From positions 32,001 to 96,000 of the forward strand of contig CAVVUS010000049.1 of NCBI GenBank assembly GCA_963751345.1: 64,000 nucleotides of DNA. Reading direction: 5' to 3'. Shown piece by piece: positions 41,789-53,202 of the stretch. This stretch comes from an uncultured Chloroflexia bacterium. Its GTDB lineage: Bacteria > Chloroflexota > Anaerolineae > B4-G1 > SLSP01. How positions within the stretch are numbered: position 1 is the stretch's first letter; every line of letters begins with the position of its first letter. The notes beneath the pieces were generated by a model. That model did no database searches, had not been told where the DNA came from, and saw only the letters and a program-made list of their open reading frames with translations. The position numbers and the translations under genes are program-made.

Positions 41789-43000
41789 TGGGCGCGACGC
41801 GCCATCTCATCGTCGGAAATGGGGTAGCAGGGACCACGGCGGCCCAGGAAATCCGTCGCAGAGATGCGGCAGGCCGGATCACGGTCATCGCGGACGAAGG
41901 CGAGCCGTACTATTATCGAGCGTCGTTGTCCGAGTGGATTGCCGAGGATAATACGACCGAGATGATGTATGCTAGGACGTCTGCGTTCTATGATGCCATG
42001 CGTATCGAGAGCATCACGGGTTCGGTCGTTCAGGTGGATGCCGAGAGCAAGCAAGTGTTGCTGAAGGACGGCGATCGCGTCCCATACGATCGACTTCTGA
42101 TCGCCACCGGTGCCAGCCCCAACGTGATCCCGATAGATGGTCTGGCCGATCCGTTGGCCTATCGCACCTGGGCCGAGCTCGCGAGATCAAGGCACGGGTG
42201 ACCGCGGACACTAGGGTCCTAATCCTCGGCGGCGGCGTCCTAGGCCTCGAATTGGCGGGTGCCTTGGTGCAGATTGGGGTGAGAAACACCGCGATCGTCC
42301 AACTCATGGACTTTCTTGGGCCGCCCTTGCTGGACCGGCCGGCAGGGAAGTGGTTGGAGCGGCGAATCCGGGCTGATGGTCTGAAGTTGTTCCTGAGCGA
42401 CACTGTCGACCACGTTGAGGGTCAGGTTGCCCACTTCAAGAGCGGCAAGACGTGGGCGTTTGATCTGTTCGTGCAGTCAATCGGGGTGAGGGCCCGGTTC
42501 CCTGAGGTGGCTGGGCCTTGAGGTTGGTCGCGCGATCCGCATTGACGAACACTGTGCTACGAATCTGCCCCACATCTATGCGGCGGGCGATTGCACCGAA
42601 ACGTACGCAGCAGCGCAGGGCCGCTGGCAACCGACACGGATCTGGCTGGATTGGCGCGTCAGGGCAAGGTGGGTGTAGTATGACCGGCGTCGAAGCGAGC
42701 CTCGCCGAGTATCCCTTCATGAACGCATCCATCCTCTACGACATTCATTACGCTTACATCGGCGAGCCCAACGCCGAGGGCGGCGTGGTCCACCTTCTGG
42801 AGACTGACCGGACGTACCGCAAAGTGCGGGTCGTCGATGGGAAGTTGGCAGGAGCGCTTCTGATGGGCAACCGGCGTGGCATGATGCCGATGTATAGGTC
42901 GATCGGCTTACCCGTGGCCGAGTACGGTGACGCTATGGTCGGACCTGACTTTCCGTGGAACGATCTTACGGGGCAAGACTGGGACTATCTCTTCTACTAG
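41788..43000 (+). CDS. NAD(P)H/FAD-dependent oxidoreductase (NirB/rubredoxin reductase-like); frameshifted
   Basis: IVGNGVAG, YDRLLIATGA, ILGGGVLGLE and IYAAGD in shifted frames. Confidence 0.82.
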
Positions 43001-43027
43001 ATCAGGAAGCACACGGTTCATCAGGCT

Positions 43028-43132
43028 GAAGCCCGGCACGAAGCCGGCCTGGGGAGCCCCTGGATGGGTCTACGCGCTCGTCCGCCATCCCTGCTCTGAC
43101 CAACTACAAAGCCCGGCTTCGTGCCGGGCTTC
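43028..43132. repeat. 20-bp perfect inverted repeat; right copy contains the probable tRNA terminator hairpin
   Basis: GAAGCCCGGCACGAAGCCGG (43028-43047) and CCGGCTTCGTGCCGGGCTTC (43113-43132); local hairpin AAGCCCGGC-TTCGT-GCCGGGCTT. Confidence 0.75.
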
Positions 43133-43139
43133 TCATAGG

Positions 43140-43214
43140 TGCCCCCAACGGGATTTGAACCCATGTACCAGGCTTGAAAGGCCTGTGTCCTAGACCAGAC
43201 TAGACGATGGGGGC
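43140..43214 (-). tRNA. tRNA-Glu (TTC)
   Basis: GCCCCCA/TGGGGGC acceptor stem, CAGGC-CTTTCAA-GCCTG anticodon arm, GGTTCAAATCC T loop; followed by CCT rather than CCA. Confidence 0.95.
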
Positions 43215-43227
43215 ATCAATGCGGGCT

Positions 43228-43255
43228 ATCGTACCATAAAGGCCTGACGTGTCAA
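43228..43255 (-). promoter_or_regulatory. tRNA-Glu promoter
   Basis: TTGACA-16 nt-TACGAT with extended TGn. Confidence 0.7.
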
Positions 43256-43342
43256 GCAGCGTTGACGCCCAGGGCTATCGCGGTCGGCCGTTCTGCACGC
43301 ATGACCCTGGCAAGGTTAGATTGTCCTGACTTTCGCTGTGGT

Positions 43343-43371
43343 TTGACACGCCTGTCCCGTTGTGCTACCAT
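43343..43371 (+). promoter_or_regulatory. rnj promoter
   Basis: TTGACA-17 nt-TACCAT with extended TGn. Confidence 0.7.
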
Positions 43372-43569
43372 GCCTCGTATTGTCAATCGGCACGCGGTCG
43401 CGACCGCGCTCAAGGGTATGCTGCCGATCCTCGCTGGTCTGGTAGGGGTTTCCCCAGGCCGGCGCCGTTTTCGCTGATTTCGCCTCGGCTCCGGTTCTCG
43501 TGGTTTTTATAGCGTAGGAATCTCCGGAAGCTAGGTTTGTGTCAAGCAGTCATCAAAGGTGGGGTTTAT

Positions 43570-45250
43570 ATGGAGCGTTTACAGATCGTTCCCCTGGGAG
43601 GCCTGGGGGAAGTAGGAAAGAACATGATGGCCCTGGAATACGGGCGCAACATCCTCGTCATTGACGTAGGTATGATGTTCCCGGAGAGCGATATGCCCGG
43701 CGTGGACTACATCATCCCCGACTATCGCTATCTCAAGGGCAAAGAAGACCGCATCCGCGGTATTGTCATCACCCACGGACACGAGGACCACATCGGGGCG
43801 CTGCCCTCACTTTCTTCAGGAGTTCGACGCACCCGTCTACGCTACGAAGCTGACGCGCGGCTTGATCGAGGTCAAGCTGAACCGGGAACTGCAGAAACGG
43901 GTCAAGCTTCAGACGATCCAGCCGCGCGAGGTTCTGAACCTAGGTCCCTTTCAGGTGGAGCCCTACCATGTCTGTCACAGTATTCCCGATACCGTGGGAC
44001 TGGGCATCACGACGCCGTTGGGCCTGATCGTCCACAGCGGTGATTTCAAGTTCGACCATACACCGGTCGACGGCTGGCCGACCGATATCGCGAAGCTGGC
44101 AGAGTTCAGCCAGCGCGGGGTATTGGCGCTGCTTGCCGACAGCACGAACGCCGATCAGCCCGGGCGGACGCTGTCAGAGCAGTCTTTGAACGCGACGTTG
44201 GCGGACGTTTTCCGTCCCGCAAAAGGGCGCGTGCTCGTTGCGACGTTCGCATCGCTGATCTCGCGTATCCAACAGGTGATGCAGGTCGCAGAGAGCTTCG
44301 GCCGCAAGGTGGCCATCGCCGGAACGAGTATGGTCAAGAACGTGCGCATGGCCCGGAGGTTGGGCTATCTCGACGTTCCCGACGACCTGATCCTGAGCCT
44401 GCAGGAGGCGAACCAGTTGCCCCCGCACCAGGTCGCGATCATCGCTACGGGCGCGCAGGGCGAGCCACGGTCGATCATGGGCAAGCTGGCGACCGGCCGC
44501 CACTCCTCACTTCGCATCATCCCCGGCGATACGGTGGTGCTGAGCTCGCATACGATTCCGGGCAACGAGGAGACGGTTCATCGCGTCATCAACCGACTTT
44601 TCCAGAAGGGCGCCCACGTCGTCTATCATCCGGTGGCTCCCGTGCACGTCTCCGGCCACGCTAGCCAGGAGGAGCAGAAGTTCCTCATCAGCATTCTGCG
44701 TCCCAAGTTCTTCGTTCCCATTCACGGCGAACTCCGGCATCTCAAGCTCCATGGCGAGCTTGCCCGGCAGGTGGGGGTACCGGCGGAGAACATCGCCGTC
44801 GTCGAGAACGGCTATGTGCTTCGCTTCTCTGAGGACGCCGTGGAGGTAGGGGAGCGGATTCCTGGCGGGTACGTCTTCGTGGACGGCAATTGGGTCGGGG
44901 ATGCGATGAGCCAGGATCTCATCAGGCAACGGGACGGCCTTGGCGAGACGGGAGTTTGTGCTGTGTCCATTGTGTATGACGAGGTCACCGGGAAGATCGT
45001 GGGACAACCCCGGATCACGGATCGGGCGATCGCATCGCCCGAGACGATGGCCGAGCTGTTGCCCGAGGCGATGGATATCATCAGAGGTGTGATGAAGGGC
45101 ATCAGTCCCAACACGTCGCCCGCCGCCGTACAGCGCGCGGTGGAGAGGACGTTGTCGGATTTCTTCTACCGTCAGGCCCGCAACCGCCCGGAGCTCATCG
45201 TGCAGCTCATGCCTGCGGCCTGGGCCGCAGGTTGCCCGCGGCCTGAGCCG
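43570..45250 (+). CDS. rnj: Ribonuclease J; frameshift near 43810, 3' end uncertain
   Basis: PLGGLGEVGKN, THGHEDHIG, HSIPD, SGDFK, DSTNA, HVSGHAS, PIHGE. Confidence 0.92.
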
Positions 45251-45364
45251 CAGGTGAGTCCGCGTCCACGGGCGCCCGTGAACCGCAGGATGCGCCGTGG
45301 TTTGCGCAGCGGCTGCGGCAGCCGCATCCGCTGCGTACGCGCGAGATCGGCACATTCGATACGT

Positions 45365-46610
45365 ATGGCGCACATTCTCATCGCCTACAAACAGTTCCCC
45401 GCCCCCTCGGTCGGTCATGCCGGAGGGGAGTCGCTCTACCGGCTGATGGAGGCACTGCACCGCCGCGGGCACCGCCTCACACTTGTCGCCCGCATTGCCG
45501 ATGACGAGCGCAAGCATCTCCCCGTCGTTGAGGCAATCTGCGATACGGTCTACACGGTCGTACATCACCGGAGCCGCCGAGGCCCGCGCCTGATAGCCTT
45601 TCTGCGCAGCTACCTGGACCTGCGGTCCATGATGAGGAGTGCAATCCGCTCCGAACGTCCAGATTTCGTCCATGTCGAGACAACGCAGACCGCCGTTACC
45701 GCGCTTGGCCTCAGGCGTCCCCCCGCGAGCTATCGGACTCAGGACATCAATTGGTTCCTGCTCGACCAGCGCCTTCGGAGGACCACCGGAATACGCAGGA
45801 TCACGCTGTCCGCGTTACGCGGGCTGCTGAGACGGCTGGAGCCCTGGGTGTGCCGGCGATACGACCTGATGTTGGCCATCTCCGAGGGCGATCGCCGCCT
45901 GCTCGCCCTGGAGTGTGATCCTGAGCGCCTGCTGATGGTGCCGCTCACGCCTGCAGTGGTGACCCGCAGATGCATCCGCCGGCGGTTAGGTGCCTGCAGG
46001 TGAACCTGAGGCTGGGGAAATCGGGGACGGGAAGTCAGCCGTGCCGGGTGCGGCTAACCTGCTCTTTGTGGGGGCTATGTCCCGCGACCACAACCGGGAC
46101 GGGATTGCGTGGTTCCTGGACAACGTGTGGGACCAGGTGCTCCGACAGCAGCCCGAGGCTCGCCTCTACATTGTGGGCGGCGATCCCCCGGAGGCGCTGC
46201 GGGCGCGGTCGGATGGCACCCATGTCTTTGTCACCGGCTTCGTCGACGATCTCGCTGTGTGGTACCGTTCGGCCACCGTCTTCGTGTCGCCGCTGTTGGT
46301 GGCGGGCGGGCTTCTTCAAAAGGTGGTTGACGCCATGGCGATGGGGGTTCCCGTGGTCGCGACGAGCGTATGCAACCACGGCGTCGGTGGCGTGCCGGGC
46401 GAGCATCTGCTCACGGCCGATGAGCCGGCCGATTTTGCTGCCGCGGTCTGTGGTCTCCTGCGAGATCCCGACGCCCGCTCGCATATTGGCCACGCGGGCC
46501 AGGAGTTCGTGAAAACCCACTATGACCTGGAGTCGGCTGTGGATCGCTGGGACGCCGCGATACGACGAATGGTGGGATTGGGGAATGAAGGAATAGAGAA
46601 TAGGGAATGA
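45365..46610 (+). CDS. GT4 glycosyltransferase; frameshift near 45970
   Basis: PDFVHVE, LLFVG, HN.DGI.WFL, KVVDAMAMGVPVVAT. Confidence 0.82.
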
Positions 46611-46695
46611 AGATGCGGAGTGGGCTTGGGCGCCCCGAGAAGGGCCCGTGTTGCTTCTCCGCTTCTCTGATTCTTCCATTCTCGATTCTCTAATC
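46574..46695. repeat. Inverted arrays of degenerate 7-bp repeats (GGAAT/GAGAAT versus ATTCTC)
   Basis: GGGAATG AAGGAATA GAGAATA GGGAATG ... GCTTCTC GATTCTT CATTCTC GATTCTC around a GC-rich spacer. Confidence 0.6.
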
Positions 46696-46703
46696 GGTTG
46701 GCG

Positions 46704-46712
46704 TGGTATAAT
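46704..46712 (+). promoter_or_regulatory. Extended -10 promoter of the LCP pair
   Basis: TGGTATAAT about 45 bp upstream of ATG 46755; AGGAG RBS. Confidence 0.6.
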
Positions 46713-46754
46713 GGCGCTCTAGTTGCCGCGGACGGCATCTAGACGACAGGAGCT

Positions 46755-48134
46755 ATGACGACGAGACGACGATCTACTGGACGGGCCCAACGCGCACCGG
46801 TGCTGTTAGCTGGGATGCTTGTCGCCCTGCTTCTTACGATCGGCATTGTGGTGGTCCTCTTTCTCTTTGCATGGGTTCGCGGCAGCCTGGCAACCCAGGG
46901 GGTTGCACCGGGCCTGCCGGCCAACACCGCACCCAGTGAGAATGTCACATATGGGTTTGGCCAGTTACTGCCCACGTGGGATGGGCAGGAGCGGGTGACG
47001 GTTCTGGTCCTGGGCATTGACGAACGTTCGCAAGAAACGGGGCCGTGGCGCACGGACACGATGATGCTGTTGACGCTGGATCCTCGCACTCAACAGGCCG
47101 GCGCTCTGTCGATTCCGCGGGACCTCTGGGTGCCGATCCCCGGCTACAATGATGGGCGCATCAATACAGCCCATTTCCTTGGCGACCTCTACGACTATCC
47201 CGGGGGCGGACCCGCCCTGGCGATGGACACGGTTGAGTATAATTTCGGCATCCCTATTGACTACTATGTGCGCGTCAACTTCCAGGCGTTCGTGACGTTG
47301 GTCGACCAGGTGGGCGGCATCGATATCGATGTCGAGGAGACGATCAACGATCCGACCTATCCCGACTACAACTATGGCTACGATCCACTCTATATCGAGG
47401 CCGGATGGCATCACTTCGATGGCGAGATGGCGCTGAAGTATGCGCGGACGCGCCACGGCAGCAGTGACTTCGATCGGGCTCGTCGCCAGCAGCAGGTGAT
47501 GCTGGCGCTCTTGGATCGCGTCACCTCCTATGAGTTGCTGCCTCAGCTCGGCCGAACCGCACCCCAGATCTACGAGACGATCCAGTCCTCCGTGTCGACA
47601 GACATGGCCCTCGACCAGATGCTGGCGTTGGCGAATCTGGCGACCCACGTAAACCAGGAGGATATCCGGCTGGGCGTCATCGACCAGACCTGCACTCAGC
47701 CTTGGGTGACGCCGGATGGCGCACAGGTCCTGGTTCCACTTCGCGATCGGATGCGCGAGGTACGGGACTACGTCTTCGAGAGCGTGCCCGCGACTGCTGA
47801 TACGCCGGAGGCCACACAGGTCGTCATCCCCACGCCGACCCCGGAGGTTGCCACGGTGGCCGTCCTCAATGGGACCTCACGCGCCGGGCTCGCCGGGACG
47901 ACAGCTGATTTGCTCCAATCCGCAGGTGTTGATGTTGCCCAGGTTGCGAATGCGGATCGTCAGGACTATACCATCACCCGGGTCGTGCTGTACCATGAGA
48001 AGCCTGTGACACTGTCGAAAGTGCTGGAGGTGCTGGGATTGCCCCGAACGGCTGTCGTGCAGGGCCAGGATCCCAATGCCTCACAGGATATCGTGATCGT
48101 CCTGGGTCAGGACTTCCAGGTGCCTGAACCGTGA
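46755..48134 (+). CDS. LCP (LytR-CpsA-Psr) family protein with LytR_C domain
   Basis: VLVLGID, RTDTMML, SIPRDLWV, RIN, ALKYARTR, DFDRARRQQ, VAVLNGT. Confidence 0.93.
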   Translation: MTTRRRSTGRAQRAPVLLAGMLVALLLTIGIVVVLFLFAWVRGSLATQGVAPGLPANTAPSENVTYGFGQLLPTWDGQERVTVLVLGIDERSQETGPWRTDTMMLLTLDPRTQQAGALSIPRDLWVPIPGYNDGRINTAHFLGDLYDYPGGGPALAMDTVEYNFGIPIDYYVRVNFQAFVTLVDQVGGIDIDVEETINDPTYPDYNYGYDPLYIEAGWHHFDGEMALKYARTRHGSSDFDRARRQQQVMLALLDRVTSYELLPQLGRTAPQIYETIQSSVSTDMALDQMLALANLATHVNQEDIRLGVIDQTCTQPWVTPDGAQVLVPLRDRMREVRDYVFESVPATADTPEATQVVIPTPTPEVATVAVLNGTSRAGLAGTTADLLQSAGVDVAQVANADRQDYTITRVVLYHEKPVTLSKVLEVLGLPRTAVVQGQDPNASQDIVIVLGQDFQVPEP

Positions 48135-48177
48135 TCCCGGGCACGCCTGCCCGGCGTTCTCTTTGTGTGATGCCAAC

Positions 48178-49574
48178 ATGACCGATACCGCAAAGCCCCA
48201 AGCGACGCGTCGCGGCGCCCTTATTCGCTCCTGATACGACTGGGGCTCGTGTTCATCTACGTGATTGGCACCGGCGTGGCAGGATACGTTGTGTACAACC
48301 GCGTTCGCGAACAGATTGCCCAGTCCGACATCCTGCCCGATTTCACGATCAGCAAGCCACCGGACCAGGGCAGTTCCAATGTCGAACGTGTGGAGGGCGA
48401 GACTTTGCCGGTGTGGACCGGCATAGACCGCGTTACCGTCCTCATCCTTGGCGTCGATGAGAGAGCGCAAGAGGAGGATTTCTGGCGGACCGACACGATG
48501 ATTCTCGCGACGCTGGACCCGGTTACGATGGAGGCGGGGATCATGTCCATCCCTCGCGATCTGTGGGTGCCGATCCCGGGCTACACCGAAAACCGCATCA
48601 ACACGGCCAACGCGCTGGGCGATGCCTACAACCATCCGGGCGGAGGGCCTGCGCTTGCCGTAGAGACGGTTGAGTACAATCTGGGTCTCAACGTCGACTA
48701 CTACGTGCGGATCAACTTCCAGGCGTTTATCGATCTGGTAGACATGATCGGCGGCGTCGACATCGACGTTCCCGAGGCGATCGACGACTACTGCTATCCC
48801 ACCCCTGACTATGGTTGCGAACAGCTCCACATCGACGCCGGGCTCCAGCATTTCTACGGCGAGATGGCGTTGAAATACGCCCGTGTGCGACACACGACCG
48901 GTGGCGATTTCGATCGTGCGAGGCGCCAGCAGCAAGTGATTGACGCGGTGCTCGCCCGTGTGACCGACCAGAAGCTTCTCCCGCAGTTGGCGACGCGCGC
49001 CACCGAGATTCTGCAAACCGTCGAAGACTCGGTCAAAGTAGATCCCAATCTCCAACTCGACGAGATCATTGCCCTCGCGAATCTGGCCACAAAGGTGCCC
49101 GCCGAGAACCGCCACTACTACGCGATTGACGAGACCTGTACGCTGGCAGCCGAGACTCCCGATGATGCGCAGATCCTGATCCCGCTGCGCGACAAGATCC
49201 GTGAGGTCCGTGACCAGTTCCTGGGTTTGAGCACGGTGAACGATGGGCTGCAGACGGTCGAACAGGAGGGTGCCACCATTGCGGTGCTCAATGGCACAAA
49301 GACGCCCGGCCTCGCCTATGCGACGAAGGAGTTCCTCGTCGCCAACGGCATCCCGATCACCTACTACGACAATGCGGACCGGCAGGACTACGATACGTCG
49401 CTGGTCATCCTCAACCGCGATAAGCCGATGACGGCAGTGCAGTTGTTGTCGCGGCTCGGGCTGCCGCAGTCCGCCGTGGTCAACGGTGCCAATCCCACTG
49501 CGGAGTATGACGTCGTCGTGATTCTCGGGTCCGACTACGTCCAGATGCAGGAGCAGAACGGGACGGAGCCCTGA
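48178..49574 (+). CDS. Second LCP family protein with LytR_C; 5' frameshift
   Basis: Same LCP motif set; clear paralog of the upstream gene. Confidence 0.9.
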
Positions 49575-49586
49575 CTCCGAAGGGTC

Positions 49587-51380
49587 TCACTGTGGCTGCC
49601 CCAACGGCTTCATAATGATGTAGTTGAAGCCGTTCATAGGTATGTGCTCGACCAGCCCATAGTGTTGTCCGATCGCCGCGAGTACGGGCGGCGGATAGAA
49701 CTGCGCCCTCATGATCACCAACCCAAAGGCCTCGCGCCTTATCATCGTCTCCAGGTTACGTGTGTCCAGGAGGCCATTGTTGTAGAGGTTCAGAAGTTGG
49801 GTCGGGTTGGTGATGACCTGTTTTCCTGCCAGCATGGTGAAGGCGGCTTCCTCGCTCAGCACGGGGAGGTCCGTCTCCCGGACATAGGCCATAATCTGCG
49901 CTCCACCCTCGTAGTCGCGCGGCAACATCAGGTGCCCCACCTGTGTATAGCCGACGACGTCGTAGTAGGGGTAATCCGCATAGGCCGATGGTCGGCCAGC
50001 CACGCCAAGCAGATCCGCCACGCGCCCCCAGACTATCCCTTCGGTGGGCAGATGCACCATTCGCGTCGCCTGCCCGATCAGGAGCATCGGCACGAGCGCC
50101 GCCGCTGCGCCCAGCCATCGTGGACGGTGGTTGGCCACCCATAGGCGCAGTCCTCCGAGCGCGAACCCCGAGAGGATGATCGCCGCGGCAACCGAGGTGA
50201 TCCAGTATGCCTCGCCGGCACCCCACTTTCCCGACATCATCCCGGTCCCAATGGATGCCACAAACCAGAGACTGTAGACGGAGATCCGGCTTCGGTACGT
50301 CTCGACTACGACGACAGCCACCGACAGCAGGATGAAGAGCAGGTGCACTTTGAGCCACGTTCGGGTCAGGGCGAGCAACTGCGGCCACAGAAAGGCGTTC
50401 ACGTTGGCCGATATGGTGTTGATCCACCAGTACCCGTCGGTAGCCCAGTTGATCAGCAGAAAGACGCTGCCAAACACCAGGCCGAAAGCAGCGATCATCC
50501 CCAGGGTACGAGCGGGACGGCGGAGGAAAAGATACCCAAAGACGGCGACTGCGGTGAATACCGCGAGCTGTTTCGCATAACCTGCGAGGAAGAGGAAGAG
50601 AAGGCCCAGCAGCAGGTTACGGGTGCCGTGCTTCTTGTCGTTCGAGGCGGCGATGAAATAGACAGACAGCACCTCCAGAAAGACCATGGTCAGATGCTGC
50701 CGGCAGAGCGGCCCCACGTGGTAGACAAAGGGCGACGCCAGGTAAGCCAAGCCTGACATAGAAGGCAGGAAAAGCCCGCCCGTGCGCCGGCGCACCGTGA
50801 GACCGATCATGGCTGCAGTCAGGAGGGTAATGGTGAATGAGAGCACCCGACCGGAGAGCAGCGTCTTGCCAAGAAATGGAAAGACGAGCACGTTGAGAAT
50901 GTGAAATACAGGGGGGTAGTTTGAGGCGTAGAATGGGAAGATGCTGCTGTCGCGGTAGGGCCACTCTCCCATGCTGTGCAGGACTGCGTCGTAGAGTTCG
51001 AAGCTCTCTCCCTGATCGTAGTCGTAGGGCCACTTGAACAGATCCACGGCGTAGGTGGTGTAGACTGCGAGGTAGGCCAGGAAAACGACGAGGGCGACGC
51101 CACTCAGGACGCCGGCAACCCAGAGCCATCCTCGGGAAACTGTGCGGGAGGAGCTGCCGACGCTGTAGCGGGGCTCCACCTCGACGGCGGCAGGCTGATT
51201 GCCCAAGCGCAAGAGGGGCACGCCAATCAGGGCCACGCCGATGCCTCCGGCCAACAGCGCGCGTTCAAACGGGCCAATGCCGCCCCATGCACCGCCTCCC
51301 AATCGGCCGACGATAAACAGGAAGAGATCACCCCCGAGGCCAAATGCGATGAAGAGCCAGCCGAGTTGTCGTTTGGTCAT
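49587..51380 (-). CDS. Polytopic GT-C type glycosyltransferase (ArnT/PMT-like)
   Basis: DQGE loop motif, NYPP, GRVLS, AKQ and many TM helices. Confidence 0.7.
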   Translation of the reverse strand: MTKRQLGWLFIAFGLGGDLFLFIVGRLGGGAWGGIGPFERALLAGGIGVALIGVPLLRLGNQPAAVEVEPRYSVGSSSRTVSRGWLWVAGVLSGVALVVFLAYLAVYTTYAVDLFKWPYDYDQGESFELYDAVLHSMGEWPYRDSSIFPFYASNYPPVFHILNVLVFPFLGKTLLSGRVLSFTITLLTAAMIGLTVRRRTGGLFLPSMSGLAYLASPFVYHVGPLCRQHLTMVFLEVLSVYFIAASNDKKHGTRNLLLGLLFLFLAGYAKQLAVFTAVAVFGYLFLRRPARTLGMIAAFGLVFGSVFLLINWATDGYWWINTISANVNAFLWPQLLALTRTWLKVHLLFILLSVAVVVVETYRSRISVYSLWFVASIGTGMMSGKWGAGEAYWITSVAAAIILSGFALGGLRLWVANHRPRWLGAAAALVPMLLIGQATRMVHLPTEGIVWGRVADLLGVAGRPSAYADYPYYDVVGYTQVGHLMLPRDYEGGAQIMAYVRETDLPVLSEEAAFTMLAGKQVITNPTQLLNLYNNGLLDTRNLETMIRREAFGLVIMRAQFYPPPVLAAIGQHYGLVEHIPMNGFNYIIMKPLGQPQ

Positions 51381-51521
51381 AGCGGGCATTATAACGGTCT
51401 CCGTTCGATTGCCAACGGGCGGGCCACCCGGGTGGCGGGACCGCTGGCACACAGATTGACACACCGCCAAGAAGATGGTACCTTTTCCGTCGGAAGCATA
51501 CCGAGGCTGGAGGACGGTTAC

Positions 51522-52367
51522 GTGATCAACCTTATATGGGTCGTCGATGATAGTGCGGAGGCGCCGCTGCGTGCCGAACATGGCCTCGCCGTCTGGGTGG
51601 AAACCCCGGATGGCAGGGCGCTCCTGGACACGGGCGGCAGCGGCGAAGTGTTGCTGCACAACTTGGCTCAGCTTGGCCTCGACCCGCACACTCTCGACGC
51701 AGTGGTCCTTAGCCACGCACATGATGACCACACGGGCGGGTTGTCGGCCCTGCTGCCCCTCCTCCGCCCGGGGACGCCGCTGTACGCTCATCCAACGCTG
51801 TTTCGGCCGCGATACTCCGCCGCATCCGGAGATATGGTGGACCGTGGGCTCAAGTTAGCCGAGCATACGCTCTCGGCGAAGCTGGACCTACGCCTGGAGC
51901 GCAGTCCGGCGGAAGTTCTGCCGGGCGTCTGGACAACCGGGGACATCTCGCCTCGCGCCAACCCCGAGGGCAGAAGTGCGTATCACTATATCGCGAAGGA
52001 AGGGGAGTTCGTCCCCGATCCCTACGAGGATGACCTCTCGCTGGTGATGGAAGTCGCGCCGGACCAGCACTTTCTGCTGTGCGGATGCTGTCACGCGGGG
52101 CTGCTGAACACATTGGACACCATACGGCGTACCTGGCTTGGGCGGCTGGTCGGGGTGGGCGGGGGCGTTCACCTGACGGGTGCCTCCTCCGATCTCGTCG
52201 ATCGCACTTCCGCCGTGCTGCAGTCGGTCGAGGAGCTCGCGCATGTATGGCTGAGCCACTGTTCGGGCGACGCGTTTCTGGCAACCCTGGAGGGCAGCAT
52301 GCCGGAGGGGACATTCCGGCGGGGCTCCGCCGGTCAATCCCTTACGCTGCAGCCGATACCCGTTTAA
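51522..52367 (+). CDS. MBL-fold hydrolase (COG1237-like)
   Basis: EHGLA, LLDTG, SHAHDDHTGG, GCCHAG, GGVHL, HCSG. Confidence 0.88.
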   Translation: MINLIWVVDDSAEAPLRAEHGLAVWVETPDGRALLDTGGSGEVLLHNLAQLGLDPHTLDAVVLSHAHDDHTGGLSALLPLLRPGTPLYAHPTLFRPRYSAASGDMVDRGLKLAEHTLSAKLDLRLERSPAEVLPGVWTTGDISPRANPEGRSAYHYIAKEGEFVPDPYEDDLSLVMEVAPDQHFLLCGCCHAGLLNTLDTIRRTWLGRLVGVGGGVHLTGASSDLVDRTSAVLQSVEELAHVWLSHCSGDAFLATLEGSMPEGTFRRGSAGQSLTLQPIPV

Positions 52368-52434
52368 CCTTGCGAGAGTTGGTGGCGCTGCCACTGGCAA
52401 GGCGTCGTACTCTTGGTATAATAGCAATGGAGTG

Positions 52435-52743
52435 ATGATGGGCACACAGATGACGCTTCGTGAACGAATCCTGATGCGACTGGTTGAAGTGATCGACCCT
52501 GAGACCGGCGTCGATGTGCTGCGCATGCGGCTGGTAGAGGATCTGGAGGTCGATGAGGCGACGGGTTCTGTCTCCTACCGGTTCCGTCCTTCCTCCCCGC
52601 TCTGCCCTCTTGCCCACAGTCTGGCGATGGACCTAAAACGAGCGGTTGCCTCAGTCGACGGCGTGGCTGCACAGCAGATCGAAGTCGCGGGGTATGTTCG
52701 TGCTGAGGAACTCACGCAGATGATAAACCACGCGAGCGTCTGA
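52435..52743 (+). CDS. DUF59 / FeS assembly (SufT/PaaD-like) protein
   Basis: VIDPETGVDV and SPLCPLA motifs. Confidence 0.85.
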   Translation: MMGTQMTLRERILMRLVEVIDPETGVDVLRMRLVEDLEVDEATGSVSYRFRPSSPLCPLAHSLAMDLKRAVASVDGVAAQQIEVAGYVRAEELTQMINHASV

Positions 52744-52798
52744 CCGCGTGGTCTTCGATTCATTACGTTTCTGTCGATATCCTTTGGGAGAATGATTC

Positions 52799-53044
52799 AT
52801 GGCGATCTACGAGTACGAGTGTCAAGACTGCGGCATGTCGTTTGAAGCCCGGCGCGCGATGAAGGATGCGGACGCGCCCATTGCTTGTCCCGACTGTGGC
52901 AAGTTCCACGCCAAGCGGGGACTTTCGATGTTCTTCGCCGGCACCGGGGGAAGGGGCGGAAGTGCGACCATGTCCGAGTCGTCCGGCAGCGGCGGCTGCG
53001 GCTCCTGTGGGGGCGGTTCCTGCGCCTCCTGTGGGGGACACTGA
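52799..53044 (+). CDS. FmdB-family zinc ribbon protein
   Basis: MAIYEYECQDCG..FE..CPDCG; Cys/Gly-rich tail. Confidence 0.9.
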   Translation: MAIYEYECQDCGMSFEARRAMKDADAPIACPDCGKFHAKRGLSMFFAGTGGRGGSATMSESSGSGGCGSCGGGSCASCGGH

Positions 53045-53202
53045 CCTCGTCGCTCTGGCTTCTGTTGATGGCCTGTGTGCTGCTTGTGCACGGGTAGCGT
53101 ACGGTAAGCCTGCCTATGTCGCGCCCTTACGTCCTGTAAGGGCGCGCACCTGTCTGGGGCGCAGTCGGCGTCCCGGACCACCCGTTGACTCGCTGGGGGC
53201 AA

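Noticed and set aside
43763-46003. RNase J-glycosyltransferase fusion ORF
   Set aside because: The linker reads as out-of-frame Arg-rich sequence and GT4 has its own ATG at 45365; probably an indel artefact.
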